From the NCBI RefSeq assembly GCF_001186125.1, contig NW_014040223.1, forward strand, positions 14,091-51,330: a DNA stretch of 37,240 bases, written 5' to 3'. A program made the position numbers and the translations under genes. This document shows, piece by piece, positions 1 through 12,024 of the stretch. The notes under the pieces are model-generated. The model saw only the letters and a program-made list of their open reading frames with translations, did no database searches and was not told the origin of the DNA. Numbering within the stretch: position 1 is the first letter of the stretch; every line of letters starts with the position of its first letter. Source of the stretch: Sphaeroforma arctica JP610. Taxonomy: Eukaryota.

Positions 1-160
1 ATATATATACATATACATATATATATACTTGTCTGTATGTATATCTGTATATATAGCTAGTGTTACACATGTTTTTCTGTGTATCTGTTAAATCAATCAC
101 ATGCGTCGTTCATAGTTCATATACGTAACCTTGTGTCATTCGTCTCCTTCCTCCACGCAG

Positions 161-847
161 CTTGCCTTGTCGCAATACAGGATAGCGGGGTCCATGGGTA
201 GTGTGCAGGCGTACTTCAATCTCGGCACCATGCATGAGAGTGGAGATGCCGGTGAAGTGGTGAGTACATTTCGTATGCGCCGTACACGGAACGCTCCTAG
301 ACATTGAAGTGTTTGAGACTTTAGCCTACTAATCCGTGTATGCGTGTGTGTAGATCGCCACCATGGGCCGCACACACTGCAATGAGAAGACTTTCTGTGT
401 TATGTATACACTAAGCGTCAATGATCAGGAAATTGCATTTATTATTATTAATATGTTTTAACTCGTACCCCGAATCAGTGATGGGATCTCATGGCCCTCC
501 ATATAGTTCATTTACACTATACTCACATTTAAGCCCCCCTCTGACGCCTGATTGGTATTGGTGCAACCATCCTACTCTATACACCACAGGACTACCACAT
601 CGCCCGCCGAAACTACGATCGGGCTATCGAACGAGACCCGAATGTGTATCTCCCTGTCAGTTTGGCACTGGCGAAACTCTCGGTCAAGGAGTTTGTGACG
701 GGTCTTCACACCTCCGAGCATTTATCAATAGCCACCAATGAAATAAGCGCGATGGCATCGGAGCAGACGGATGTGGCGGTGATGGCTTGTTTGGCGTGCC
801 TTTTGTGGTATCTCATCAAATTGCGGCGAAGGTTGTATGGGGTCTAG
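161..847 (+). CDS. SEL1L: SEL1L/Hrd3-like ERAD adaptor, last two coding exons (161-259, 590-847); 5' part lies outside the window
   Basis: The AG|161-259|GT exon translates LALSQYRIAGSMGSVQAYFNLGTMHESGDAGEV, a Sel1-like repeat (A.FNLG.MHE.G). It splices in phase 0 to DYHIARRNYDRAIERDPNVYLPVSLALAKL, then a hydrophobic segment VAVMACLACLLWYLI and basic tail KLRRR, ending TAG at 845-847. This parallels the SEL1L C-terminus (DxHLAKRFYD...PVxLALxKL, TM helix). Confidence 0.85.
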
Positions 848-1174
848 ATTGACATCTGAACTATTTAATATGCGCTTATTAAAATGCAACGATTCCCAAC
901 GGATAGAAGAGCAACCAACTTTAGATGAATCATATATATATATATATATCGGTAGCTGTATGCAAGAAGATCTGTCACAGCCTAGTGCCTTTGATTGACA
1001 ATGACTTTGCAATAGCATTCAAGTGAAAATAGCGATTAATTGATAGTAGCCTTAAGGCCATGCATTCAGTCGCCAGTGTTATTATGTTCAATTATCCGCG
1101 CCCATAGGGTCGAATAAGGAATTGTTGAGCACATATTATTACGACTTCTGTAGTTCTAAGTTGATAAACATTTT

Positions 1175-1924
1175 TTATTGAGAAAAAAACCTGCCTTCTA
1201 CAAGTGAGCTGTGGAGGTGCGCCAGCCTTTCACGATTCAGTATCGCTTGCAGGTTTGTGTGTAGGAATGTTTGCTCTACAGTTTCCAGATCTTGTCTGGA
1301 CTTTTACCATTTTAATGGCTTCCTGGCCATTGGATCTGGCTTCATCCTCAGCGGTACGACGGCGCTTGTTGCCAGTTCCTGTTCTGCAATGCAGATCGAT
1401 CGGCGTGGCGCGGGTGTCTTTAACTTCATGGCGAGTTCCTTACCCTTGGGCGTGGCGGCTGGGTGTGCTATTCGATCAGTGAGTGAACCGGGGAGGGCGT
1501 AGGTATTAGGCTTCGCCTTTCCGAGCCTGACTCTGAGGTCATGGAATTTAATGTTTATAGCCTCATTCATCTCCGCCATTGTCTTGGTTGGCGTAAACTC
1601 TTTTTACGTTTGCTCACCTCGAATTTTTAAAGTTTCCGAAATGTGTTTACAATCAAGGGCACCTAGCACTGTAAGACCATCACGAGTTGAGGTTCTGCCT
1701 GCCCGCAATGTCTCTGACGACGCGACAACGACATTGATCAGTTGATGAATTTCCTTATGTGTCCAAAAGTCGTTAACGCAAAACTAAGGTAAGGGTAAGG
1801 GACGTGGGATAGGCCCATCTAGTACCCGCTCACAATCAGAGGTGATGCGAGTTGGTGGGATCGCGCAGATGGCCTCCAGGATCTCATCCTCAGTGAAATC
1901 ATACGCCATTCCCAAGTACGACAT
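1175..1924 (-). pseudogene. Intronless Myb/SANT-like (trihelix/MADF-type) DNA-binding protein frame with three internal stops
   Basis: One frame runs from ATG at 1924 to TAA at 1175-1177, with in-frame TAG 1784-1786, TAA 1604-1606 and TAA 1304-1306 and no frameshifts. It reads MSYLGMAYDFTEDEILEAIC...LP*FCVNDFWTHKEIHQLINVV...DCKHISETLK...T*KEFTPTKTMAEMNEAINIKFHDLRVRL, fitting a WT..E...LI / ..IS..L / KT..E....K...L pattern. Confidence 0.5.
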
Positions 1925-2351
1925 ATTAGTGATGATTGTCAGTGATGAAGACAATGTATGTGAAATAGGGCGGAGATGTGCTGAATATGCGATGATATTA
2001 TCGCAAGAGAGTGATAGCTACTATGTTCTATGATATATGGACTATCGAAGTTTCTAGACCATACGGACGGCCCCAGAATAACGAGATTAAAACGCGCAGT
2101 ATTTTATGAATACATACGAAATCGACATTTCGTAGCCTTCTGAAATCAGACAAAATTTTGTAAAATAATTTTTATTTTTTTATTCTCAACATCGGAATCC
2201 AATTTCCAATTTCCGATTTAGTAATAGGAGTAATTGTAGCTATAAATATCAGCAAATAAATTTCGTAAAGATATGTATCAAGAGTAGATATTGCTTTACT
2301 TACTCGGCAAGTCTCGGAAATCAGTGACTCAACTCTGCTCCCTGTAAATAC

Positions 2352-2550
2352 CTGGGTTGGTAAACGACGCCGACATTTGGGCAAACGACATGCCATACAT
2401 GTCACGGCGACATTTTGTAGGACATGTCGGTCGCGACATGGTGTCGGCAGGTTTGCTGGTGGCTGTATTGTCGCCTACATATTTAAATACACATTTCGAG
2501 ACGACATTTTTTCAGGGTTGTATGTATGTCGTTGTCGTATACCAACCCAG
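2352..2550. mobile_element. MITE / non-autonomous DNA transposon (~199 bp), hAT-like by its 8-bp TSD
   Basis: The left end CTGGGTTGGTAAACGACGCCGACAT matches the reverse complement of the right end CTGGGTTGGTATACGACAACGACAT at 22/25. It is flanked by the direct repeat GTAAATAC at 2344-2351 and 2551-2558, and has many internal CGACA/TGTCG motifs. Confidence 0.8.
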
Positions 2551-2813
2551 GTAAATACTCTGTAGTATATACTTGTTAAGTTATTTATCACTGTACCTCT
2601 ACCAGAGTGATGAAAATGCCACTATGTATGTACATATGAACTCGACAACTTTATTTCATTGCCTTCTTTTTACAAAACAAATATGTAGTCTGTAAATCTC
2701 AATAATGAGTTATGTAGGGTCAATGTTTGTATATAACGTAATACTCGTAACTACTGCAACCTCAAAACAACTATTTAACACGTTTCAGAGCACAAATAAC
2801 ATCGTGATTCTTG

Positions 2814-3992
2814 ATGTTCGGAAGAGTCGATATCTGTACAATCATACTTACAACCGCGTTAACATCGTCAGCATGTGACGAGTTTCTCCTCAATACAACG
2901 CACTATGACTACCCAGAAAATATCGTTGTAAGTGGGCGTAACATGGACAGCACATGGGGCGTCAACTGGAACTTAGCTGCCGTGACACCCAATACCACTC
3001 TGTCGCGATTCAATCCCGTCGCGATTGAAGATACTATGATTACATACATTAATAAATACGGGTTCATAGGAGTTGCTGGTGAATTTAATATCACAGGTCC
3101 AGGAACAATCATTCCAGACAATCTCATCGCAATCACAGACGGTATGAACACAGAAGGGTTGACGGTAGGAGTACTATGGGATAGAAACACTGCTGGCTAC
3201 TTACCTTACGACACTAATGGTCCAGAGCTTGCCGTGACTGTATATGATCTGTCTACGTACCTTTTGAGCATGTGCAAAGACATCGCCGATGTACAAGCCT
3301 TGCTAGACCCTACAATTATGCAGGTGCCCTTTTATCTGGAGGTTCCAGCCTTTCTTCTAGTGCATCTTATCTTGCACGATGCTGCTGGGAAATCGCTCGT
3401 AATCGAATGGGACGAACCCGGTAAAATGACACTTACAGTGGACGTGCCTGTGCTGACTAATTCGCCACAACTCCCGGCGCAATTAGTCAACTTAGAGCAG
3501 GCGTTGGCAGCAGACTGGGATATGACTCAGGTCGATGCATTGAATATCACTGATTACAACTATATGTACTATCCCGAGGCAAGGTTTCTTCGATTGTACT
3601 ACCTCAACAGTCTAAATAGGATCATGCCCTGGTTCGAGCAGACCACGGCGTATCCCTACACACCAAATGACGGCAGTGTGGACAGAACGGCGGTCTTGAC
3701 CACGCTGGATATGCTCACAGCGAATACTATCCCATGGAGATACTCACATGACGGATTATACCTGGGTGAAGGCCAAGAAGATCGAACACAGTGGCAGTCA
3801 GTACGAGACGCCACGAATCTAGTCTACTATGTCCGTACAATAGCTTTACCCACACTCTCCAAGTTCGATCTAACCACAACTCTAAAGAGCCTACAAAACT
3901 CTGCTGGTGATGTGCGGGTCATCAACTTGGGAACAGCCACACGGGCAGAAGGCTCATGGAATATTGATCGCACTTCAATATGGAGTGAGTAG
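2814..3992 (+). CDS. Secreted linear amide C-N hydrolase, choloylglycine hydrolase / penicillin V acylase family (Ntn cysteine hydrolase), intronless, 392 aa
   Basis: ATG at 2814 starts a 20-aa signal-like leader ending TSSA, directly before Cys (2874-2876, the N-terminal nucleophile position). Family motifs follow in order: GRNMD, DGMNTEGL, HLILHDAAGKSLVIEW, VLTNSP, PEARFLR, TQWQSVRD. Confidence 0.88.
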   Translation: MFGRVDICTIILTTALTSSACDEFLLNTTHYDYPENIVVSGRNMDSTWGVNWNLAAVTPNTTLSRFNPVAIEDTMITYINKYGFIGVAGEFNITGPGTIIPDNLIAITDGMNTEGLTVGVLWDRNTAGYLPYDTNGPELAVTVYDLSTYLLSMCKDIADVQALLDPTIMQVPFYLEVPAFLLVHLILHDAAGKSLVIEWDEPGKMTLTVDVPVLTNSPQLPAQLVNLEQALAADWDMTQVDALNITDYNYMYYPEARFLRLYYLNSLNRIMPWFEQTTAYPYTPNDGSVDRTAVLTTLDMLTANTIPWRYSHDGLYLGEGQEDRTQWQSVRDATNLVYYVRTIALPTLSKFDLTTTLKSLQNSAGDVRVINLGTATRAEGSWNIDRTSIWSE

Positions 3993-4629
3993 GACTGTGC
4001 ATGCGAGTGAAACATATATTCTAAGAATTTAGGTCATCTCTGTATCATTTAAAACGCAAATCATTCGCGCCAAAGCGGGAAGCGTTCGTTGAGAATGAAT
4101 TGATTTGCACAAATTGCTTAGAATGCATCTGTACAATTATGAACATTGCGTTCTATTCTTCAAATAGAGCCAGATGAAGTAAAAACGCACAGAGGTATCA
4201 TGTCGATTGCGTCGACCGCTTGGAAGTGCCCGACTTGTTCCGAATCGTACATTGTTTCTGTATTATAGCGATGTAATTACCTTGTCTGATTAAAATATAG
4301 GAGTGCAGCAAGATAACACTATCTTATTCGTAATTCATAATTTGCCCTAGCACGACCAGAATACCGATACCAAGCTCCATTATGCAAGAAGGTTGAAAAA
4401 CTGTTCCCTATTTTCGGTTGTAAATACAACCAAAACAGGCAATATGGGAACCACGTTGTTCAGATCTTTGAATGTGCATCGAATTGCTAATTTATTTATG
4501 TTGTGAGACTGATTAGTAGCAAAAACCTACGCGAAGGCTAATATGTGAACACATCTTAAAATAGTCGGAAGACGGGCTCTGCGACAATTCATTCCGAAAT
4601 CAAGACGGGACATTACATCAAACATAGAT

Positions 4630-4768
4630 ATTATTACACAAACACACGTACACACACACACACACTATATATATATATATGTATATATCCATATATATAT
4701 TTATATACATACATATATATATATATATATTTATAAAATATAAAATATATATACATACATACATATAT

Positions 4769-4808
<40 letters not shown>

Positions 4809-4969
4809 GGTTTATATATGTATATAAATATACACGAATACATATACATATATGTATATATACATNNNNNNNNNNNNNNNNNNNNNNNNNNNNNNNNNNN
4901 NNNNNNNNNNNNNNNNNNNNNNNNNNNNNNNNNNNNNNNNNNNNNNNNNNNNNNNNNNNNNNNNNNNNN

Positions 4970-5021
<52 letters not shown>

Positions 5022-5200
5022 TACATGTACATGCATAATATTTATATATATATGTATATGGATATGTGTATGTATATGTATATGTATATGTATATGGATA
5101 TCTATTATGTATATGTATATCTATTATGTATTATGTATATGTATATGTATATGTATATGGATATCTATTATGTATATGTATATATATATATATATATGAC
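4630..5200. repeat. Compound (CA)n/(TA)n/(TATATG)n microsatellite containing an assembly gap (N 4866-4969)
   Basis: Directly visible. Confidence 0.95.
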
Positions 5201-5379
5201 GCATGAGGATCCTCACAGCTCGACTATGCATATGTATTTAGGAAGACAATCCTAGCACGCACTGGGCACTTGTCACGAGGCACTGTAACTGGCTCCTGTG
5301 CACCTGGATTTTGACGTTTTGCCTCCATGTCCATGATGTAAAAAAATGTAAATAGTCCATAACAGCTCACACTCTGCTG

Positions 5380-5960
5380 GATCACACTCCATCCGGCATC
5401 CGCAGTCTTACGGAGTCACAGACTACAGTGACGCACACTGTCAGTCTGTCACTATTTATATTTATGACCACTCGCCAGTCGCCACGCGGCACTCGCCCAG
5501 GGCCCCAGGCCCTAAACAGCCTCGAGAGTCCAGGGCTCCAGGCCCCACTCATCCAGAGAGAGAGAGAGAGAGAGAGAGAGGTCTGAGCGACTGAGCCTGA
5601 GCGCCTGAGGCTGAGACTCGAGCAGTTGAGAGCATGAGACCGCTGAGACCGAGTGGGGGCTGTGGACTGTGGCCTGTGTCCCTGTGGCCTGTCGGGCATG
5701 CACATTGCAATGTAATTCAGCTGTCACTGTGCCTGTCATTGTGTCAGTCAAACTCAGAGTCAGTCGTCAACAATTCAGAATTCCGCTATTCCACCCAATG
5801 GGTCTAATTAGTAATTTTAACAATAAACAAATATGGGGTGACAGTTGCGGCCGTGTTGACCAATCACAAATCAGATTTCTTGTGTCCAGCTGTCACGACT
5901 GTGTCATTCCGAAAGTTCACACGAGAGTCAAATATAAGCCATCTGATTGACTACCTTGAC
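5380..5960 (+). promoter_or_regulatory. Probable promoter region of the trans-sulfuration gene, TGAC/GTCA-rich with a (GA)n tract at ~5555-5580
   Basis: Lies 250-830 bp upstream of ATG 6210. GAGTCA occurs at 5413, 5757 and 5925, with many further GTCA/TGAC cores. The function is inferred from position. Confidence 0.4.
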
Positions 5961-6209
5961 AATATAGTATTTCATAGTCTCCTGTGGAAATAATAGTTAT
6001 ATAGAGGTCAGGCAGGGGGGTAATTGTTTTATTTAATATCGTTTTATTTATAAAACAGCACCTTCCCAAGGTTCAATACCACCAAGGCCAAGACCAATTC
6101 GACCATATATATATACCTAAGGAGACTGTCGCACGACATACATTTGCAGACCTCATACACACGTTCCCTTTTTATAGACCACATCACCGAAGTTTAATAT
6201 ATTTTCATA

Positions 6210-6488
6210 ATGTCTACTACTGGTGGAAGTGGAACCTGGGTGGAGGGTGACTGCGGTCAGAGCACACAGCTTGTGCATGCAGGTATATACCTGTGCAAGT
6301 TAAACTCTATATGTAGAACGCATAAAATGTATGAGGTTCATTTGTATCTATGAAAATTTACAGTTCCAGAAATGGTCTCTCTAAGTTGTCGAGCCAATAT
6401 ACTAGTACATTACAAACTAATGTATGTATGTATGTATGTATGTATGTATGTATGTATGTATGTATGTATGTATGTGTATGATGTAGAT

Positions 6489-6574
<86 letters not shown>

Positions 6575-6594
6575 GTGTATATATACACACACAT

Positions 6595-6630
<36 letters not shown>

Positions 6631-6714
6631 GTATGTATATATATATATATATAAATATGTACATGTATATATATACACACACACACACACACACNNNNNN
6701 NNNNNNNNNNNNNN

Positions 6715-6758
<44 letters not shown>

Positions 6759-6794
6759 AATATAAACATGTATATATACACACACATAAACACT

Positions 6795-6826
<32 letters not shown>

Positions 6827-8866
6827 AATATATATATATTCTTACGTATAGCCTATAAATGCACACGTCCCGGCTGATTATTTAATCACATAGTGATGTA
6901 TGTGCGCTTCTCAACCATATCTCACTCAGGCATCTTCATGGTAGGCCTCAATTAAAAACCACGTTTCTGGCAATTTGCGTACTATTCAAGCGCGTTTTTG
7001 TCAAACTAGCAGGTCTTATTGTATGGTAATGTTTGAAGATCCAGCTCCGGGTAATTCACTCACTCACACGGATGATCTGACCCTCCAATGCATTACAGGA
7101 GTCAATCCCGATCCCACTACCGGTGCCATTCTTACGCCCATTGTGCAGGTGAGTTGGTGGGTTTTTGTATGGTGAGAGTTCGGTACATAACAATACACTG
7201 TGTTTTCTAGGATCACGAATCAAATAGCCCCACTAAACATTGCACGCCGTGTACACGATATCAATACAAATATGCATCGTTTCAATGCAGCATACACACA
7301 GGCTTACACAGTAAATACGAACATATTGATTTAATAAATTGATTCAGTGAATAGGTTTTTATCATTATTACTAGTTCCAAAGTATTCAGTCCTCCACACC
7401 TATTCAAGTTCTCGTTATTCTGTACATGAGCATGAACTACTTGTACAGCCGCACCGCCAACCTCATTGTGCGTATATCTGTATTAAGATGACTTGCACAC
7501 GAACCTATCTGAACCCAACAATGGCTATGTAACGGTTATTAGATGATTACGCACGTGTTGATGTGTTTTCGCCACATACATCTCAAGGTCACGACATCAT
7601 TATAAGAACCGTTGATCTGTGCTTGGGCGTGTGATAATCATACAACCGCACTACCCATCTCACGATGTGTACTTCACAGAACAGTGTTCCACACTATTGT
7701 GGATTTAAACCCAGCAATGTCAGTATACGGGCTACTTAATCATCTCACACGTAATGACTCGCTTTCAGCGTAAGCGATTCTAGGTCACTACATCCATACT
7801 ACCCAATCATCCCACACGCATTGACATGCTTTCAGCGTATACGTTTCTAGACCCGCTCATATGCACATAAGTTTCTGCTGTTGTACGCTCTCAAAGAGAT
7901 GTCTGCTCAGTCGCACGGCGAGTCCAGTCCGACGCTACATGCGTTGGAAGACAGAGGGCAAGACCGCCGAGATCGAATACTCATGGGAGTAACATTCACA
8001 TTGGTTGGTATTTTTCTACCTACTCAGGCCACCACGTTCGTACAAGAATCCATTGACCTGTACTTGAGTAAGGGTTACTCATATAGTCGCACCGCCAACC
8101 CCACTGTGCGTGCGCTGGAGAACAAGATCGCGGAGATCGAACACGCTGCCGGTGCCACTTGTTTTTCCACTGGCATGGCTGCAACCGTTACTGTATGTTC
8201 CCAAACTTCACTTACTGTTTTAGTCATGTATGTGGTTTGTGTGGTCCGGGTTTCCATCTATGTATGTCTACAACCTAAAAGTATGTTCGTTGGGAACGTG
8301 TAGGACTGGGACAATAAGGAACGTTGGACTGCGCAATTAGTCCATTTGCTAATTTACCGTCCCTTTTAAAGGCGATATTCGCCTCCGCGCAACGGTTCTA
8401 CAGAGCGAAAGTATCCTGGATGGCATGCAATCGACTCAAATAGTATTGTTGTCTACTATTTGTCATCACGTCTTTCTCCGTACTAGCTTTTATTGGGTTT
8501 ATGGTGTGGGTTTCTAGGGTTTAGAAAATAGTGGTATTACTCTGTGTGTTCTATAGGGCAATGTCTGCACTCACTCGTAGTCAGGTGTGTGTGGATTACC
8601 GTACCAACCGTTCTTGCAGGCAGAGGGCGCGGCAGTGATTCGATGTATATGATGCGCGAGGTGAGGTTTATGGTTCTTAAATAAATATACATTCGATATA
8701 TAGAGATTAAGATCGCATTTATGCGTAAGATTACATGAATACAAGTATACCTTTCATATATACAGATTATGACCATTCATACGCACGATTGTTTAAAAAT
8801 GAAAATATTATGTTATCATTGTACAGGTTCTGAACTCATTTATGTGTACGATCTCTTATATTGATA

Positions 8867-8897
<31 letters not shown>

Positions 8898-11800
8898 AAT
8901 GTGTGTGTATATATATATATGTATATGTATTTTTATTACAGACAGGTTATGACCTCATTCGTGCATACGATTTACTTGAATATGTATTAAAAAAATTATG
9001 ACACATTTTGGCCGCAATCATGCATACGATTACTCAAATATATTTATAATATTATATACAGATGACGAGCGCATCTGTGCGCAAAATTGCTCAAGTATAT
9101 GTATATTTGTTATGTACATGCTTCGTCCGCTTCCATGAGCACAATCACTTAAATATATGTACCTATTTTATTACATACAGGTTATGACCGCATTCATGCG
9201 CGCTGGAGATCACTGCGTCATCACCAACTGCTCGTACGGTGGCACTAACCGGGTGGCGCGCAAGATGTTCATGGGCCTTGGAATGGAGTTCTCGTTTGTT
9301 GACTTTACCGATCTTGCTGAGATTGAAGGGTGTGTTATATTGAATAGCTTTTTGTGCTGGAGTATATTTTTATTGTGTGGCTTGTAGTATTTATGTCACT
9401 GGGACTGGTTATATAATCTATGTGCTTCTGTTTTAGGATATGTGTTGGTGGATGGGCAAATATGCTGTACTACGCATATACAGATGTTTACACTTATACG
9501 CTGTGACCTACGTACGGAATGTACTGACATATGAGCTTATCAGCAAGTCGTTTAATAGGCGAACATCTGTATTTCCACTCGTAGTTTGTCATTAGTTCCA
9601 AATGCGCGCCATACACCTGTGCATGTATATGTAAATGGATATAGTGCATGTGTTTATGTACGTATTTTGTTTCTGGCTATGATACAGTTCTTGCCCGTAA
9701 AATCTGCTTTGTTAACGCGTTTGGATACAACGCTCACATATTAGTACATGTAAGATGTCGGTTACTTCTGCACAAACATTCAAATTCATAACAGCCATTT
9801 GACATGAACATCGACATACATATAGAAGCCGTAAATCTCATCATATGCCCACTCTCATTGATCGTCGTCGCCTTTCTATTCCATCTGCAGAGCCATTAAA
9901 CCCAACACAAAGCTGATATTCTCGGAAACACCCGCCAATCCCACGCTCACACTCACGGACCTCCAGGGAGTCAGTGCAATTGCCAAGAAACACAACATTG
10001 TGCACTGCTGCGACACCACGTTTGCCACACCCATCATCACACTAGCGCTGGACCATGGCGTGGACATTGCCATGCACTCCACTACCAAATACTACGACGG
10101 CCACAACATGACTGTGGGGGTGAGTTCGGCATTGATTCGTGTTGAGAAACACACACACATATATATATATGTATATGTATATAAATGTATATATATATAT
10201 ATATACATATACACACATGTGTGTGTGTGTGTTTGTGTGTATGTATGTCGTATTAGTATTGTGCACTACTGCGGTGACATAATTGCTTCTTGTATATTAC
10301 ACTAGCGCTCGACCATATGGCTATATGCGCTTACGCCAAGGTTTCTACGAAGAGTGGTAACATCGCGGCATGGACTGTTATGTTCAACTCCCAAAAACAT
10401 TTCAATTTGCCACCTAGAATAAGATACACCCCGCGCAATCTGCTTTCACTTATCTGATGCCGATACCCCTTGTTTCTTTGCTCACAGGGTGTGATAGCGT
10501 GCAAGACAGCCGAGCATGACGCAGAGATCAAGTTCTTCCAGAACATGCACGGAAACGTCATGTCACCCATGGTGGCCTTTCTCACCCTGCAAGCCACAAA
10601 GACCATGAAGTTGCGTGTATTGCAACAGTCACAGACCGCTCAGAAGGTGGCCGAGTTCCTGGAAGCACACGAGAAGGTGTGTGTGGTTTCTCTATAAGTT
10701 GTATGTGTATGATACGCGTAGATTGAGTTCCTGGAAGCACACAAGAATGTATGCAGAGCTTCCGTGTAGGCTTTGTAATTGTAAGTAAGCTTTTTTCTGT
10801 TAATCTGGTGCATAGATACATATTTTGTCATTTTCGTGCGCGCCTTGTTATTCGCTTACTATATTGCTGCCAATGCGGTCAGATTGGTAGAATATCGTTG
10901 CATGAACAAATAAGAAGCACATACACAGACAGACATAGATCACACATTTCATACATGTACATGCATATAGGCATATCTAAATCGTAATATGTACTCTCAT
11001 ATTGAACATACCACTTGATCGACCAGCAAGTAAGACGTTTGTAGACATGGATGGATGATCACATACGGATAAACGTATGTACGATTTTCTCACCCATTAC
11101 CTCATACTGACAATGAACTTAGCATTGTATTGACGAGTAAAAGAAATTTGTCACACATATAGATATCCTCAGACGAACACGGGGCATACACGATTTTTAA
11201 AACATTCACGTCCCGCATTACATAGGTGGAGATCTGTCGCTACCCCGGCTTAGAGTCATTCCCCAAAGCACAGAAAGCAATCGCAGACAAGCAACACAAG
11301 AACAATGTACACGGCGGCATGCTGTGGTTCGAAGTGAAAGGTACGTGTTGGGTGTACGCACGTGGGGCATATATTGTGTATCTAAGTCCTTGTGGATAGT
11401 TGATCTGTTGTGTGTCTATCTCTGTGGAGTACCTACATGGTAGAAATATGGTGTTTAGCAACTTAAAGGGAGAGGCGTTTGCGAGTCTATTCTAAGTTAG
11501 AAGTGTGGCGTGCATCTCTAGCAACAGATGGGTATCCCACATCCCTGTGCACATCGTCCCTGCAGACAGCCAATCACGTCACAAAAAATCAGTGGTACGT
11601 CTCTAAACCTGATTGATACCAAGCATTCACATTCTTATTTTTCTTGCCACACCATAGGCGGGACTGACGCTGGCCGTAGGTTGATGGATTCCGTACAGCG
11701 ACCTTGGAGTTTGTGTGAAAATTTGGGAGCCACAGAAAGTATCATCACCTGTCCATCAGTCATGACGCATGCCAATATGGAAAAAGAAGACCGACTCAAG

Positions 11801-11977
11801 GTATTTATTTGAAAGATTCATGTATATTACATTATATGTATATACATATATATATATACATACATATATACATACATATATATATATATGTATATATACA
11901 TATATATATATGATGTATGTATATGTATGTATATATATATATATATTCGTATATGTATATTTGCATGTGTACATGAA

Positions 11978-12024
<47 letters not shown>

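Noticed and set aside
1785..1801. TAAGGG telomere-like repeats
   Set aside because: Fewer than three units, explained by Pro-Leu codons on the minus strand.
4618..6877. YI/CV/HT-rich ORFs (also 11756-12239, 21650-21872)
   Set aside because: They are translations of microsatellites and N gaps.
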